Positions 40,860-51,951 of a DNA stretch of 64,000 nucleotides are shown piece after piece (position 1 is the first letter of the stretch; every line of letters begins with the position of its first letter). Both the position numbers and the translations under genes were made by a program. The notes beneath the pieces were generated by a model. It saw only the letters and a list, made by a program, of their open reading frames with translations. It was not told the origin of the DNA and made no database searches. The stretch comes from Hyphomicrobiales bacterium (GTDB taxonomy: Bacteria; Pseudomonadota; Alphaproteobacteria; Rhizobiales; Beijerinckiaceae): NCBI GenBank assembly GCA_043744855.1, contig JAYTTW010000148.1, positions 908-64,907 of the forward strand. Direction: 5' to 3'.

Positions 40860-42602
40860 TCAGCCGCCGTTTTTTGAGGGTTCGACTTCAGCAGCGGCAG
40901 GTTTGGGTTCCTCCGGCAGACCGCTATCGATTTTCTTCAAAATCTTTTCGAGGTCGTCGGGTTCCGGCTTCAGGTCGCGCGCATGGTTCCACTGAAACTG
41001 CGCTTCGAGCTTGCGCCCGACTTTCCAGTAGACGTCGCCAAGATGGTCGTTGACGACGGGGTCTCCGGGTTTCAGCTCGATGGCTTTTTCGAGTTCGCGC
41101 AAGGCTTCCTCAAAATGACCGAGGCGGTAGTGAGCCCAGCCGAGACTGTCGATGATATAGCCGTCGGTCGGTCGCAACTCGACGGCGCGACGCAGCAGGC
41201 GCAAGCCTTCGTCGAGATTGATGCCCTGATCCACCCATGAATAACCGAGGTAGTTGAGCGCCATCGGCTGATCGGGAAAAAGCTCCAGCGACTTTTTGAA
41301 ATCAGCCTCGGCTTTTGACCATTGTTTGGATCGCTCCCAGGAAATTCCGCGGAAGTAGTAATTCACCCAGTCGCCGCGTGAAGGCTTCTGGATGGCGTCG
41401 ATCACTTTCGTGTAGGTCTGCGTCGCATCCGGAAATTCCTTGCGGGCGCGTTGCAGATTGGCGAGGGCTGAGAGCGCCTCGGTATCATTTGGCGATCCCG
41501 CGACAATCTTTTGCAACAGCGCGACGGCCTGATCCGATTTACCCATCGCTTCGAGAATAAGGCCGGACTGGGTCTCCGCGTTGCCGCGCAAAGGCGAGTT
41601 TTGCGGCACGCTTTCATACACGTCGATGGCGCGCTCGTATTGCTTCAGTCGCTCGTAGATGTCAGCGAGTGTGATAATCGCCAAGCTGTTTTCCGGCGCG
41701 AGATCCAAGCCAAGCCTGAGATAGATCATCGCCAGAAAGGAATCGTTCTGCGCGCTGCCGAGCGAGCCCAGTTGATAGAACACCTCGCCAGCGCCGCTGA
41801 TGGCGTTCGTCACGTTGGGCGTGAGCCGACGGTTGGCGGCAAGATCGGCCAGCGCGGCGACGACCACCGGGTGGCGCGGCGCGAGTTGATCGAAATCCGT
41901 ATAGACGCGACGCGCGTCGTCTGTCTCGCCGCGACGCGCCAGGAAACGCGCCCACGTGTCGACCAGACGCAAGGTTGTCTTCTCCGCTTCGTAGGCGGCC
42001 TTGAATCGTTTGCCTGCCTCAGCGGTGTTGCCGGCGATCTCGGCGATCAGCCCCATATGGTAATCGCGAAAGGCGGAGAAGCGCTCATCCTTCAGCCGTT
42101 CCAGCGTTTGCAGCGCGCGGCGCGTGTCACCGGCGCCAGCGTAGGCCCAGGCCGACAGCAGCGTCACCGTCAAGTCGCGCTGCCTGCCTCCGCCACCCTT
42201 GCCGAACTCTGTGCGGGCCTGCGCAAACTGCTTGTTTTTGAGCGCCCGCACGCCGAGCGTCATGTAGGCCAAGCCGTTTTTCGGGTCCAGTTTGAGCAGT
42301 CGCTCGGCCAGCGTGAAACTTTGCCGCATATCCCCGTTGGATACCGAGGAGATGAAGGCGCGTTCCAGAAGTTCGCGATTGCGCGGCGCAAATCGCAACG
42401 CCTCGCGCGAATAGGTGGATGCCGCCAACGTGTCACGGTCGGCCCCGGCGATCAACGCCGAAAGGTAGTTTCCCGACGGGCTTCCCGTAACCTCGAAAGG
42501 GGCGGTCACCACGGGGCCGCCAGTGGCGCTGTTGGAGCGGCCTTGCGCGACAGCGACGGCAATCGGCAAAGCCAGACACAAGCCCGTGGCGAGCGGGAGC
42601 AT
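40860..42602 (-). CDS. Exported tetratricopeptide-repeat protein
   Basis: SGNYLSA, LNYLGYSW, YIIDSLGW, DHLGDVYW, EAQFQW; usual neighbour of ispE. Confidence 0.9.
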   Translation of the reverse strand: MLPLATGLCLALPIAVAVAQGRSNSATGGPVVTAPFEVTGSPSGNYLSALIAGADRDTLAASTYSREALRFAPRNRELLERAFISSVSNGDMRQSFTLAERLLKLDPKNGLAYMTLGVRALKNKQFAQARTEFGKGGGGRQRDLTVTLLSAWAYAGAGDTRRALQTLERLKDERFSAFRDYHMGLIAEIAGNTAEAGKRFKAAYEAEKTTLRLVDTWARFLARRGETDDARRVYTDFDQLAPRHPVVVAALADLAANRRLTPNVTNAISGAGEVFYQLGSLGSAQNDSFLAMIYLRLGLDLAPENSLAIITLADIYERLKQYERAIDVYESVPQNSPLRGNAETQSGLILEAMGKSDQAVALLQKIVAGSPNDTEALSALANLQRARKEFPDATQTYTKVIDAIQKPSRGDWVNYYFRGISWERSKQWSKAEADFKKSLELFPDQPMALNYLGYSWVDQGINLDEGLRLLRRAVELRPTDGYIIDSLGWAHYRLGHFEEALRELEKAIELKPGDPVVNDHLGDVYWKVGRKLEAQFQWNHARDLKPEPDDLEKILKKIDSGLPEEPKPAAAEVEPSKNGG

Positions 42603-42895
42603 TCGAACACCGAAAAAGTGCGTCACTGGTTGTATCTTTCTGCTCAGCCTGACATGGAAAGCGGCGCGGAAGGCTGTCCAGCGCGAACATTGAATCACTT
42701 GCGAACATGGCGGTTTTGAGCCGCGCCGGCAAGCTCCGTCGCAGGCCCGCAAATTCGCGCTGGCGCTCTTACGTGCCGCGTACCTCGGGGTGTGCGAGCA
42801 CCCAAACCCTCCGGAAGGTCAGCGAAGTCACCAGTCACCATTTGGTGACTTCGGGATGGCGGATGATGCGCTGCAACATAAACCATTGTACGAGC

Positions 42896-43054
42896 GTTGA
42901 AGAAGGCAAGGCCCAGCAACGTCTTGTCAGCCTGGGTCGCGAGGATGAGAGCAATGTCGTCGTCGACAAAGGGCTTGCGGAGGGCGGCCGGGTCATTACC
43001 GGAAATCTGCAGAAAATTGGCCCGGGCGCACCGGTGCAGCCGCAAGAGCGCTGA
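42896..43054 (+). pseudogene. 3' remnant of an RND efflux membrane-fusion (AcrA/MexA-like) gene
   Basis: VEEGKAQQRLVSLG..VVVDKGLAEGGRVITGNLQKIGPGAPVQP resembles the MFP C-terminus; upstream sequence is not MFP-like. Confidence 0.65.
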
Positions 43055-43103
43055 CCCCCAGGCGCTGGCCCCCAAACCGCTGACCCCCAAACCGCTGACC
43101 CCC
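43049..43103. repeat. 4 x 14-15-bp tandem repeat CGCTG(A/G)CCCCC(AAAC)
   Basis: Units at 43049, 43063, 43078 and 43093; the first contains the TGA of the remnant ORF. Confidence 0.9.
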
Positions 43104-43286
43104 TTGGGGTCGCGCCGCATTCCGCCACACAAGAGACTGCGGCGGAAGAAAAACGACACAGCCTTGCCGCTGCGGCGCACTGCCACTAGGATGCCAGTCA
43201 AGTGGGAAACGCGCAGAGCCATGGACGGCGCGGTTTTGTGCAAGCATGACAATCACGCCGAATAGTCGGCGCATCAAGGGGCAAAC

Positions 43287-43613
43287 ATGGCTGAGTTGAA
43301 CGAAACGGATTTGCGCGCAATTCTCGGCGACGACTACGATGCGGACGCCAATAACGCCGCACTGTTGCAAACGCCGGAGCAAATCGCCCGGCAACGGCGT
43401 GCCCGCATGGAAGCGCTTGACGACAGCAAGTTCCCCGCCTCTGTCACAATCTTCGTCGGCATGCTTCTCGTTGTCGCGGCGTGGTTCACCGCCAGTGGTC
43501 GTGAATTCCAGATTCAGGTCGCGGCTGGCGTCGTCATCGCCCTGCTCGGCGTCTTCTTCCTGACGAGAATTCTTCGCAAACTCAACGCGCTACGCGTGGA
43601 AATCGCCGCCTGA
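43287..43613 (+). CDS. Small membrane protein (two TM helices)
   Basis: AAGGGG RBS; acidic N-terminus followed by two hydrophobic segments. Confidence 0.7.
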   Translation: MAELNETDLRAILGDDYDADANNAALLQTPEQIARQRRARMEALDDSKFPASVTIFVGMLLVVAAWFTASGREFQIQVAAGVVIALLGVFFLTRILRKLNALRVEIAA

Positions 43614-43750
43614 GCGGCGCCCGCACGGGCATTGCGTCGAGGCCGGAAAACGCACGCGCACGCCGCTTGATCGGGTTGCCGGAGGGGCCGGAACTCTTCA
43701 CGCACGGCGAAGCACGCCCCGCTGCGGGCGAATTTTCGATTGGGGACCCC

Positions 43751-44338
43751 ATGAATGCTTCCGAGAGTGATTCCGCAAGTTCGCAGGCTCGCCGCGCGCT
43801 TGCCGATCTGATTTTTCGCGTTTCCTTCGGGCGCGCCGAAATCACTCTGGCCTCAGGCCGCAAAAGTCATTTTTATTTCGATATGAAGCCGACGATTTTC
43901 AGCGCGGAAGGCGCGGCGCTCATTGGTAGATTGCTGACGCCGTTGATTTGGGAAGCCGGCGGCGAATACGCTGGCGGGCTTGAACTTGGCGCGGTCCCGC
44001 TGGCCGCCCTGGTCAGCCAGCAAAGCAGCCTCGAAGGCAAACCGGTGCACGGATTTTTCGTCCGCAAGCAACCCAAGGGCCACGGCGCGCGCAAGCTCGT
44101 CGAGGGATTGGCGCCTGGCATGTCGCTGGCGGGCAAGCGGGTTGTCATTCTGGAAGACGTCACGACTACCGGCGATTCCGCCTTCCAGGCGGTCGAGGCA
44201 TGCCGCGACCTCGGGGCTGAAATCGTCATGGTCCTAACGCTCGTGGATCGCCTGGAAGGCGCCAGTGACGCGTTTGCGGCGCGCGGGGCGCCATTCAGGG
44301 CGCTGTTCACCGCAGACGAGTTTTTGTCGCGCGGTTAG
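43751..44338 (+). CDS. pyrE: Orotate phosphoribosyltransferase
   Basis: [42 protein letters not shown]. Confidence 0.95.
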   Translation: MNASESDSASSQARRALADLIFRVSFGRAEITLASGRKSHFYFDMKPTIFSAEGAALIGRLLTPLIWEAGGEYAGGLELGAVPLAALVSQQSSLEGKPVHGFFVRKQPKGHGARKLVEGLAPGMSLAGKRVVILEDVTTTGDSAFQAVEACRDLGAEIVMVLTLVDRLEGASDAFAARGAPFRALFTADEFLSRG

Positions 44339-44359
44339 AGCCCAAGCTGGCGACGACCC

Positions 44360-45253
44360 TTACTCGCGGGCGACAAAGCAGGCGGCTTTGACAGCGCGAA
44401 GGCGATCGCAAATCTGCGTCGCGGCGTCCTTGGACACGGCGGCCAGGCGCACGCGGTAGACCTTCGCCTCACGTGCGATCCCGGCGACGATCAGTAATTC
44501 GCGTTCGCCGAGGGTCGCGGCAAGGCGTGTTTGCAACCCGGCGGCGGTGCGCCGCGCATCCCCTTCGTCCGGTGACGCCGCGAGCTGCACAAAATATTCC
44601 GGCGCCGCTACAGCGGTCGCCGACGCGGTCCGTGCGGGTATGGACGCGGTTTGATCTTCGCTCACGTTGCCGGCGACGACGACTGGCTTGCCCGGCTCGT
44701 CGAGCCCCGGAGGAACTTCCAGCGCCGCCATGTTTCCGGCCGTCTTTTCTGCTTCAGGCAATGCCGCTAGATGCGCTGCGAGCCCGCTGGCTCGCGTTTC
44801 AAGATCCATCGATACGGGCGGCGATACCGCGCCAACTTCTACGGCGATGGCGAGCGTGCGCACCCGGTGCTGCGGCAATGCGGCGCGCACCGCAGCCCAT
44901 GACTCGCCCGGCGCTTTGGACTCGCCCAGCGCTTTGGACTCGCCCAGCCCTTTGGGCTCGCCCAATCCGTTGGCGCCGGCAGCCAGGCGTTCCGACAACG
45001 GGCGTCCGGTGGCGACGACTTCGCGCGATACAGTGCGGGTTTTCACTTGCGCTATTTGCGCCACCTGCGTGCGCCCAGAGTCCATGGCGAGGTGCATCTG
45101 GGCTGGCGGCGGCTGGCGGACGCCGCGAGCGAAACCCGCTCCGACAAACCCCAGCGCAACGAGCCCGCAAAAGGCCAAAGCGCGACCGCTGGCAGAGCGA
45201 TGGGATGGGTTGAATGCGGCCACTGCGCCAGCTCGCGAAAAAAACCAGCGCAT
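44360..45253 (-). CDS. SPOR-domain protein
   Basis: N-terminal TM; C-terminal YFVQLAA...YRVRL...ICDRLRAVKAACFV. Start uncertain. Confidence 0.75.
   Translation of the reverse strand: MRWFFSRAGAVAAFNPSHRSASGRALAFCGLVALGFVGAGFARGVRQPPPAQMHLAMDSGRTQVAQIAQVKTRTVSREVVATGRPLSERLAAGANGLGEPKGLGESKALGESKAPGESWAAVRAALPQHRVRTLAIAVEVGAVSPPVSMDLETRASGLAAHLAALPEAEKTAGNMAALEVPPGLDEPGKPVVVAGNVSEDQTASIPARTASATAVAAPEYFVQLAASPDEGDARRTAAGLQTRLAATLGERELLIVAGIAREAKVYRVRLAAVSKDAATQICDRLRAVKAACFVARE
44901..44972 (-). repeat. 4 x 18-bp in-frame repeat (GEPKGL/GESKAL/GESKAP)
   Basis: GACTCGCCC(A/G)GCGCTTTG-like units at 44901, 44919, 44937 and 44955. Confidence 0.85.
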
Positions 45254-45342
45254 TCCGCGCCACCGACAAATACAATTCGCCAGCCTGCGCCGGGAATGGT
45301 GAATGAAGCGTAAAAGCGGCTGGGATGCCCACCGTCCAATCG

Positions 45343-45726
45343 TCAATCTTCATATTTGAGATAGGCGTGCTGCGGATCGCCCTCTGGCGTGCCTTCCAGC
45401 GCGCCGCCGTCGCGACCCGGTCGCCACAGGATGACTTCCTCGATCTTGTGCGCCAGTTCAAAATCGCGCTCGCTCACCCCGTTGGCTTCATGCGTCGACA
45501 GTCGCACCTCCACACGCGCGTAAGACGCGAGGATCTCGGGATGATGCCACGCGACCTCGGCCAGATGAGCGATGGCGTTGACGACGAGCACAGTGGCTTT
45601 CCAACCGTTGGTTTCATAAGTGCGTTTGAGGCAACCGTCTTCATGGCGCCATCCCGCGAGACTGTTTTTCAATCGCGTGACTATCGCTGCTGGCCCGAGG
45701 GCCTTGGGCTTGGCTCGTTGCCTCAT
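45343..45726 (-). CDS. Pterin-4a-carbinolamine dehydratase
   Basis: AEVAWHHPE, LSTHEANGVSERDFELA; GGAGG RBS. Confidence 0.9.
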   Translation of the reverse strand: MRQRAKPKALGPAAIVTRLKNSLAGWRHEDGCLKRTYETNGWKATVLVVNAIAHLAEVAWHHPEILASYARVEVRLSTHEANGVSERDFELAHKIEEVILWRPGRDGGALEGTPEGDPQHAYLKYED

Positions 45727-45908
45727 GTCACCTCCGGCTGCGCAACTGCGGCGCAGAATTGCAAACCGGCGGCGCCGGGGCAAGAGCGCCGATACGGCTA
45801 AGCGACAGGGGATGAAGTTTGACTGTTGAACCTTGGCTCGACAGGCGCCGGGCCGGGCGCTATGCCTGCGCGCACCTTTGCCCCAACCTCGCGTAAGGAA
45901 ACCTTTCG

Positions 45909-46850
45909 ATGCGGCTTTTTGCTACCGCCCTTTGCGCGCTGGGCTGGCTCACGGCGCCAGCATTTGCGCAGGACAAACTGAAGCTTGCGACCGGCCAGCG
46001 CGGCAACTGGGATTCCTCGATCGGCGAGATCGGACAGCGCGCCGGCATTTTCAAAAAGTATGGCCTCGAACTCGAAATTCTTTATACGCAGGGCAGCGGA
46101 GAGACGCAGCAGGCGGTCATTTCCGGCGCCGTCGATATTGGCGTCGCCGCCGGCATTGTTGGCGCCATGAGCGTTTTTTCGAAGGGCGCGCCGGTGCGCA
46201 TCATCAGCGCCGAAACAACCGGCGCGAGCGATCTGTACTGGTATGTGAAGGCGGATTCGCCGATCCGCACGTTGGCCGACACCGCCGGCAAGACCATCGC
46301 ATTCTCGACCAAGGGCTCTTCAACGGATGGCGTCGTGACGGCGTTTTTGCGCGAGCAAAAGTTGACGGCCAAAGCGGTGGGAACCGGTAGCCCGCCGTCG
46401 ACGCTGACGCAGGTAATGTCGGGGCAGGTCGATGTCGGCTGGGCGGCGCCGCCGTTTGGGCTTGAACAACTCGACAAGAAGGAAATCCGCATCGTCGCTA
46501 TTGGCAACGATACTTTGTTCAAGGGACAGACGGTGCGCGTCAACATTGTCAATCTCGATGCGCTCAAGGCGAAGAAGCCGCTGATCGAGCGTTACATGAA
46601 AGCCTACCGGGAGACGGTGGACTTCATGTACGCCGACGACAAAGGGCTCGAAATTCACTCAAGCTGGCTCGGCATTCCGCTCGATCTGTCGCGCCGCACG
46701 CGCGATGGCTTTTTTCCAAAGGCGTCGCTCGATCCAGACAAAATCGTCGGCCTCGATCTGGTGATGCCCGATGCGGTCGCGATGAAATTCATCGCCGAGC
46801 CGCTGACCCAAGCGCAACTCGACGAACTGATTCAAATCCCGCCGCGCTAA
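45909..46850 (+). CDS. ABC transporter substrate-binding protein (NMT1/SsuA-like)
   Basis: Signal peptide; GIFKKYGLELE, GSGETQQAVISG, GSSTD, SGQVDVGW. Confidence 0.85.
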   Translation: MRLFATALCALGWLTAPAFAQDKLKLATGQRGNWDSSIGEIGQRAGIFKKYGLELEILYTQGSGETQQAVISGAVDIGVAAGIVGAMSVFSKGAPVRIISAETTGASDLYWYVKADSPIRTLADTAGKTIAFSTKGSSTDGVVTAFLREQKLTAKAVGTGSPPSTLTQVMSGQVDVGWAAPPFGLEQLDKKEIRIVAIGNDTLFKGQTVRVNIVNLDALKAKKPLIERYMKAYRETVDFMYADDKGLEIHSSWLGIPLDLSRRTRDGFFPKASLDPDKIVGLDLVMPDAVAMKFIAEPLTQAQLDELIQIPPR

Positions 46851-46902
46851 TCTCTTGCCTGCCGACCTCGCATGAAAAACGCGCTGACGCTTCGCACTGG
46901 CG

Positions 46903-47355
46903 TCAGCCGCGTGGAAGTTTCAGGAACGGTTGCGAGCCGCGCCGCGCCAGTTCGTCGGCGCGTTCGTTCATCGGGTGGCCGGCGTGCCCCTTGACCCATC
47001 GCCACTCAACTTCATGGCGTTGCCCGGCAGCCTCCAGCCGCTGCCAGAGATCAACGTTTTTCACCGGCTTGCGGTCGGCGGTGCGCCAGCCGTTGCGTTT
47101 CCAGGCATGTATCCAGGCCGTGACACCCTGCCGCACATATTGGGAGTCCGTGTAGAGATCGACCGCGCACGCGCGCGTCAGCGTCTCCAGCGCCATAATC
47201 GCCGCCATCAGCTCCATGCGGTTGTTGGTGGTTATCGCCTCGCCGCCGCACAACTCCTTTTCAACGTCGCTGCAGACGAGAATGGCGCCCCATCCACCGG
47301 GGCCGGGATTGCCCGAACACGCGCCATCCGTATAGGCGACGACCCGCGCGCTCAC
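46903..47355 (-). CDS. rnhA: Ribonuclease HI
   Basis: [37 protein letters not shown]. Confidence 0.97.
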   Translation of the reverse strand: MSARVVAYTDGACSGNPGPGGWGAILVCSDVEKELCGGEAITTNNRMELMAAIMALETLTRACAVDLYTDSQYVRQGVTAWIHAWKRNGWRTADRKPVKNVDLWQRLEAAGQRHEVEWRWVKGHAGHPMNERADELARRGSQPFLKLPRG

Positions 47356-48317
47356 CGCAACATCCCGTAGTCGCGGGCGCTTGCTGCGTGTTGGTGAAAG
47401 CGCAACTTGCCAAGATATTCCAGTGGGTCTTTCGGCTTGACGAGCGCACCTTCGGGCCGGTTGAGCCAGTCGACCAGCCGGGTCAGCAGAAAGCGGATGG
47501 CGGCGCCGCGCGCCAGCACCGGCAACGCGTCAACTTCCGCGTCCGACAACGGACGCAGGCGCTCGTAGCCATTGATGAGCGCCATCCCCTTGGTGATGTT
47601 GAAAGAGGCATCCGGCTCGAAACACCATGCGTTCAGGCATATGGCGAGATCGTAGGCATGAAAATCGTTGCAGGCGAAATAGAAATCGATCACGCCCGAA
47701 ACTTTTCCGTCGAGAAAAAACACATTGTCGGGAAACAGGTCGGCGTGAATGACGCCAGCGCTGATCTGTTTCGGCCAGTGACTGTAGAGATAGGTGATCT
47801 CCTGCGACAGCGCCGCCGCGAGGCCCTCCTGCACCTGGCTGGCGCGCGCTTCGGCAGCGCGAAACAACGCCAGCCAGCCGCGAAACGCCAAGGCGTTGTC
47901 GCGCCGGATGGCGAAGCCTTCCCCGGCGCGGTGCAGTTTGCCAAGCGCCTCGCCAATCATGCCGCAATGACGCGCTTCCGGACGCCGTACCGAGACGCCA
48001 TCGAGAAACGTGACGATGACGGCGGGTCGACCGGCGAGCCGCCCGAGGGCGCGACCGCGACGATCGCGCACAGGTTGCGGACAGACGACGCCCTTGAGGC
48101 CAAGATGTTCAAGCAGGCTGAGGAAAAACGGCAGGTCGGCTTCCTGCACGCGCTTTTCATACAGCGTCAGAATGAACGCGCCGCGTTGCGTTCGCAGCAA
48201 ATAGTTGGTGTTTTCCACGCCCTCGGCGATGCCCTTGAAAGAAACCACGGCGCCGAGGTCGTAGGCTTCAAGGAATGCATTGAGTTCGTCATCGGCGACT
48301 TCCGTATAGACGGCCAT
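47352..48317 (-). CDS. thrB: Homoserine kinase (type II)
   Basis: [38 protein letters not shown]. Confidence 0.95.
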   Translation of the reverse strand: MAVYTEVADDELNAFLEAYDLGAVVSFKGIAEGVENTNYLLRTQRGAFILTLYEKRVQEADLPFFLSLLEHLGLKGVVCPQPVRDRRGRALGRLAGRPAVIVTFLDGVSVRRPEARHCGMIGEALGKLHRAGEGFAIRRDNALAFRGWLALFRAAEARASQVQEGLAAALSQEITYLYSHWPKQISAGVIHADLFPDNVFFLDGKVSGVIDFYFACNDFHAYDLAICLNAWCFEPDASFNITKGMALINGYERLRPLSDAEVDALPVLARGAAIRFLLTRLVDWLNRPEGALVKPKDPLEYLGKLRFHQHAASARDYGMLR

Positions 48318-48501
48318 GGGTGCGGGTCCGGATTGAGGTATGCGCTTTGCTCACGTTGCCCCTCGTGTTAGAGCATTTGGCGCAAATGTGGAGTCTGGCG
48401 AGCCTCGGCGTTGGCTGACGAGCCGCCACAAAATATTCCGCTGCGGTCTGGCAGGAGCTTTTCCTGACCGGGGCGGGGCAGGCGCGAAGGGACCGCCGGA
48501 A

Positions 48502-49410
48502 ATGTTCGCCGTCGTTCCCGCATGGCTGTGGGTGGCGTTCACTGTCACTGCGGCTGCCGCGCAAACCGCGCGCAACGCCATGCAACGCGATCTCGTCAGC
48601 AAGATCGGCGCGGCGGGCGCCACCTATGTCCGCTTTGTCTTTGGCCTGCCCTTCGCGTTGCTTTTCCTGCTCGCCCAGCGTTATGCGACCGGGACCCCTG
48701 CGCCCGATATCAGCCTCGCCATGCTGGCGTGGTGCTTTGTCGCCTCGATGGCGCAGATCGCCGCCACCGCGTTGATGCTGCAAGCGATGCGCCAACGTTC
48801 TTTTGTGGTTTCCATCGCCTACACAAAAACCGAACCAGTGCTGGTGGCGCTGTTCAGTATTGTCTTTCTGGGCGAGGCGCCGACCTTGGCGACGGCCCTC
48901 GCCATCGCCGTGGCGACGCTCGGCGTGATCCTGATGTCTATACCGGAGGGTGTCGCGGCATCGTCCGGCAACCCCTGGAAACCGGCGTTGATCGGCGTCG
49001 CGTCTGGCGCCTTCTTCGGCCTGTCCGCAACCTGTTATCGCGGCGCGATCCTGTCCCTGTCGTCGCCCTCGTTCGCGATGACGGCGACGACAACCCTGGT
49101 GACCGGGCTCGCCATGCAGAGCTTCGTCATTGTCTTCTGGCTGGCGTTCAACGACCGCAACTTGTTGCGACAGATCGCGGTGAACTGGCGACAGTCGATG
49201 CTGGCCGGCTTCATCGGCGCGTTCGCCTCGCAATTCTGGTATCTCGGTTTCGCTATATCGACCCCCGCGAAAGTACGCACGCTGGCGCTCATTGAGGTGC
49301 CGTTTGCGCAGTTGGTGTCGCGAAAACTCTTTCAGCAGGGGATGAAGGCGCGCGAAGTCGCCGGCATCGTTTTGATCGCGAGTGGCGTGGCGATCCTGCT
49401 CAACTTCTGA
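48502..49410 (+). CDS. DMT/EamA-family transporter
   Basis: QTARNAMQ, RFVFGLP, YTKTEP; about 10 TM segments. Confidence 0.85.
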   Translation: MFAVVPAWLWVAFTVTAAAAQTARNAMQRDLVSKIGAAGATYVRFVFGLPFALLFLLAQRYATGTPAPDISLAMLAWCFVASMAQIAATALMLQAMRQRSFVVSIAYTKTEPVLVALFSIVFLGEAPTLATALAIAVATLGVILMSIPEGVAASSGNPWKPALIGVASGAFFGLSATCYRGAILSLSSPSFAMTATTTLVTGLAMQSFVIVFWLAFNDRNLLRQIAVNWRQSMLAGFIGAFASQFWYLGFAISTPAKVRTLALIEVPFAQLVSRKLFQQGMKAREVAGIVLIASGVAILLNF

Positions 49411-49414
49411 ACGA

Positions 49415-50371
49415 TCAGCTGCCGGCGCGCAATTCGCGCGGTAGCGGGAAGAACATGTTCTCCTGCGCCGTGGTGATGGTTTCCACGCCGACCTCGTAGC
49501 GGGCAGCGAAGGCGGCGACGAGTTCGTCGACCAGAATTTCCGGCGCCGACGCGCCGGCTGTGATCGCCACCGACGTCACCTCGCCCATGGCGACCCAGTC
49601 AATATCGGTAGCGCGCAGCACCAGTTGCACATAACGGCAGCCGGCGCGTTCGGCGACCTCGCGCAAACGCTGCGAGTTGGAAGAGTTGGGCGAGCCTACC
49701 ACCAGCATCGCATCCACTTGCGGCGCGACTGTTTTGACAGCGTCCTGACGGTTTGTCGTGGCGTAGCAAATGTCGTCGCGCGCTGGCCCGACGATGCCGG
49801 GAAACTTCGCGGTCAATGCAGCGAGGATGTCGCGCGTGTCGTCAACCGACAAGGTGGTCTGCGTGGCGTAGGCGAGCTTGTCCGTATTTTCAGGCGCCAG
49901 CCGGGCCACGTCGTCAACCGATTCAACCAGCCAGACGGCATCGCCTGGCAATTGGCCAAGCGTGCCGACCACCTCGGGGTGACCGGCATGGCCGATGAGG
50001 ATGATCTTGCGACCGCGCTTGTGATGTATGAGACATTCTCGATGCACTTTCGTCACCAGCGGGCAGGTCGCGTCGATGGTGTGCAGGCGCATCGCTGCGG
50101 CCTGCGCGGGAACCGCTTGCGGGACGCCGTGCGCCGAAAAAATCACCGGCGCGCGCTTGTCAACGACATCCTCGAGATTGCTGATGAACACGGCGCCCTT
50201 GGCGCGCAACGCGTCAACAACGTATTTGTTATGCACGATTTCGTGACGCACGTAGACCGGCGCGCCATGTATTTCGAGAGCTTTCTCGACCACCTCGATG
50301 GCGCGCACAACGCCGGCGCAGAAGCCGCGCGGCGCGCAGAGCAAAACACGAAGCCTGGGTTTTTTGCTCAT
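49415..50371 (-). CDS. ispH: 4-hydroxy-3-methylbut-2-enyl diphosphate reductase
   Basis: [43 protein letters not shown]. Confidence 0.97.
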   Translation of the reverse strand: MSKKPRLRVLLCAPRGFCAGVVRAIEVVEKALEIHGAPVYVRHEIVHNKYVVDALRAKGAVFISNLEDVVDKRAPVIFSAHGVPQAVPAQAAAMRLHTIDATCPLVTKVHRECLIHHKRGRKIILIGHAGHPEVVGTLGQLPGDAVWLVESVDDVARLAPENTDKLAYATQTTLSVDDTRDILAALTAKFPGIVGPARDDICYATTNRQDAVKTVAPQVDAMLVVGSPNSSNSQRLREVAERAGCRYVQLVLRATDIDWVAMGEVTSVAITAGASAPEILVDELVAAFAARYEVGVETITTAQENMFFPLPRELRAGS

Positions 50372-50500
50372 CGTCTGACCATCTCACCGCAGTGTGCACA
50401 AGTCTTGTCGCCAGATGTCTTGTCTTGGCGCCACCAGTCTTGCCCCATATACAGGAAACCCCTATTTCAGGCCATTGCGACCGGCTTTGGAGTTGACCTG

Positions 50501-51871
50501 ATGAACGCGCCGTCGACGGCGGAAGACTTCGCCGTTTTCACGCGCGGCTCGACGCTGCGTCATGTGCTGGTCATGACGGCGACAAGCTCGATCGGCTTGA
50601 TGGCGATTTTCGTCGTCGAGCTGTTTTCCGTCCTCTACATTTCCTGGCTCGGCGACCCCGGCTTGACTGCCGGAGTTGGCTTCGCCAGCCAGGTTATGTT
50701 CTTCGCCGTTTCCATCAATATCGGCATGTCCATCGGCGTTTCGGCGCTGGTGTCCCGCGCCATCGGATCGGGCCAGCGCGAGACAGCGCGTCAACTCGCG
50801 GCGAGCGGCCTGGTGCTGACGTGCGTTGTGAGCAGCCTGTTCGCAGTGGCGCTGTTTCCGTTTCGCATCGCGCTGCTCGAAGCCATCGGAGCGCGCGGCA
50901 GCGCCTTGAGCGGCGCGACATTGCTGCTCGACTGGACCATTCCGTCGATCCCGCTGCTTGGCCTTGGCATGGCCCTGCCGGGGCTTTTGCGTTGCGTTGG
51001 CGACGCTCGTCGCGCCATGTATGTGACGTTGTTCGGAGCGCTCGTCGTCGCGGTGCTCGACCCCATCCTGATCCTTGGACTGCATATGGGCCTGCGCGGC
51101 GCGGCCATCGCCAGCAACGTTTCCCGCGTCGTCTGGATTGGCGTCGGCCTGTGGGGCGCGGTAGGCGTCCACAACATGGTGGCGCGTCCGCTATTGTCGC
51201 GAGTGGCGAGGGATGCCGGGCCGTTGTTGCGGGTTTCCGCCCCCGCCGTCCTGACCAACTTCGCGGCGCCGATCGCCATGATCTGGTCGGTCCGTGAAAT
51301 GGCGCATTTCGGCGACGCCGCGGTCGCGGCCGGCGCGATCATTGATCGTCTGGCGCCGGTTGCGTTTGGTGTCCTGTTCGCCATGTCCGGCGCGGTTGGG
51401 CCGATCATTGGTCAAAACTTCGGCGCCGGGCAGATCGCGCGCGTGCGCTCCACGCTGACCAACTGTTTCGTGTTTTCGGCCACCTACGTTTGCATCACCT
51501 GGCTGGTGCTGTGGTTGCTTTCCCCGGCTGTCGTCTGGCTGTTCACTGCGCAGGGCGAGACAGCGCGGTTGGTCACATTCTTTTGTACGTGGGGGGCTTC
51601 CGGCTGGGCATTTCTGGGTTGCCTGTTCGCAGCCAATGCGGCGTTCAACAATCTCGGCTTCGCTTTTCTGTCAACGTTTTTCAACTGGGGGCGCGCCACG
51701 ATCGGCACCATCCCCTTCGTGACGCTGGGGGCGCTGTATTACGGGCCGCAGGGCGTCATCCTCGGCTCGACAGCCGGCGCCTCCATCTTCGGCACAGCGG
51801 CGATGGTTTGCGCCTACCGGATTGTTACGCGACTGCAAAATAATTCGACGGACCGAGCGCAAATGTCTTAA
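50501..51871 (+). CDS. MATE family efflux transporter
   Basis: About 12 TM; VLDPILI..GLRGAAIA, IIGQNFGAG; GGAG RBS. Confidence 0.9.
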   Translation: MNAPSTAEDFAVFTRGSTLRHVLVMTATSSIGLMAIFVVELFSVLYISWLGDPGLTAGVGFASQVMFFAVSINIGMSIGVSALVSRAIGSGQRETARQLAASGLVLTCVVSSLFAVALFPFRIALLEAIGARGSALSGATLLLDWTIPSIPLLGLGMALPGLLRCVGDARRAMYVTLFGALVVAVLDPILILGLHMGLRGAAIASNVSRVVWIGVGLWGAVGVHNMVARPLLSRVARDAGPLLRVSAPAVLTNFAAPIAMIWSVREMAHFGDAAVAAGAIIDRLAPVAFGVLFAMSGAVGPIIGQNFGAGQIARVRSTLTNCFVFSATYVCITWLVLWLLSPAVVWLFTAQGETARLVTFFCTWGASGWAFLGCLFAANAAFNNLGFAFLSTFFNWGRATIGTIPFVTLGALYYGPQGVILGSTAGASIFGTAAMVCAYRIVTRLQNNSTDRAQMS

Positions 51872-51951
51872 TACCCAGGCGTAAATGTCTTAATGCGGGG
51901 TGTGGATCAGCAATCGGCGGAAGGCCGCCATAATATTTGGGGATATTTCAT

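Noticed and set aside
50402-50446. GTCTTG repeats between ispH and MATE
   Set aside because: Short and irregularly spaced; not distinguishable from chance by eye.
49625-50500. 748-aa extended MATE ORF
   Set aside because: The extension is antisense to ispH; the RBS-supported start is 50501. The same applies to the extensions of ispB, ubiA, the hydrolase and the Bug gene at 60228.
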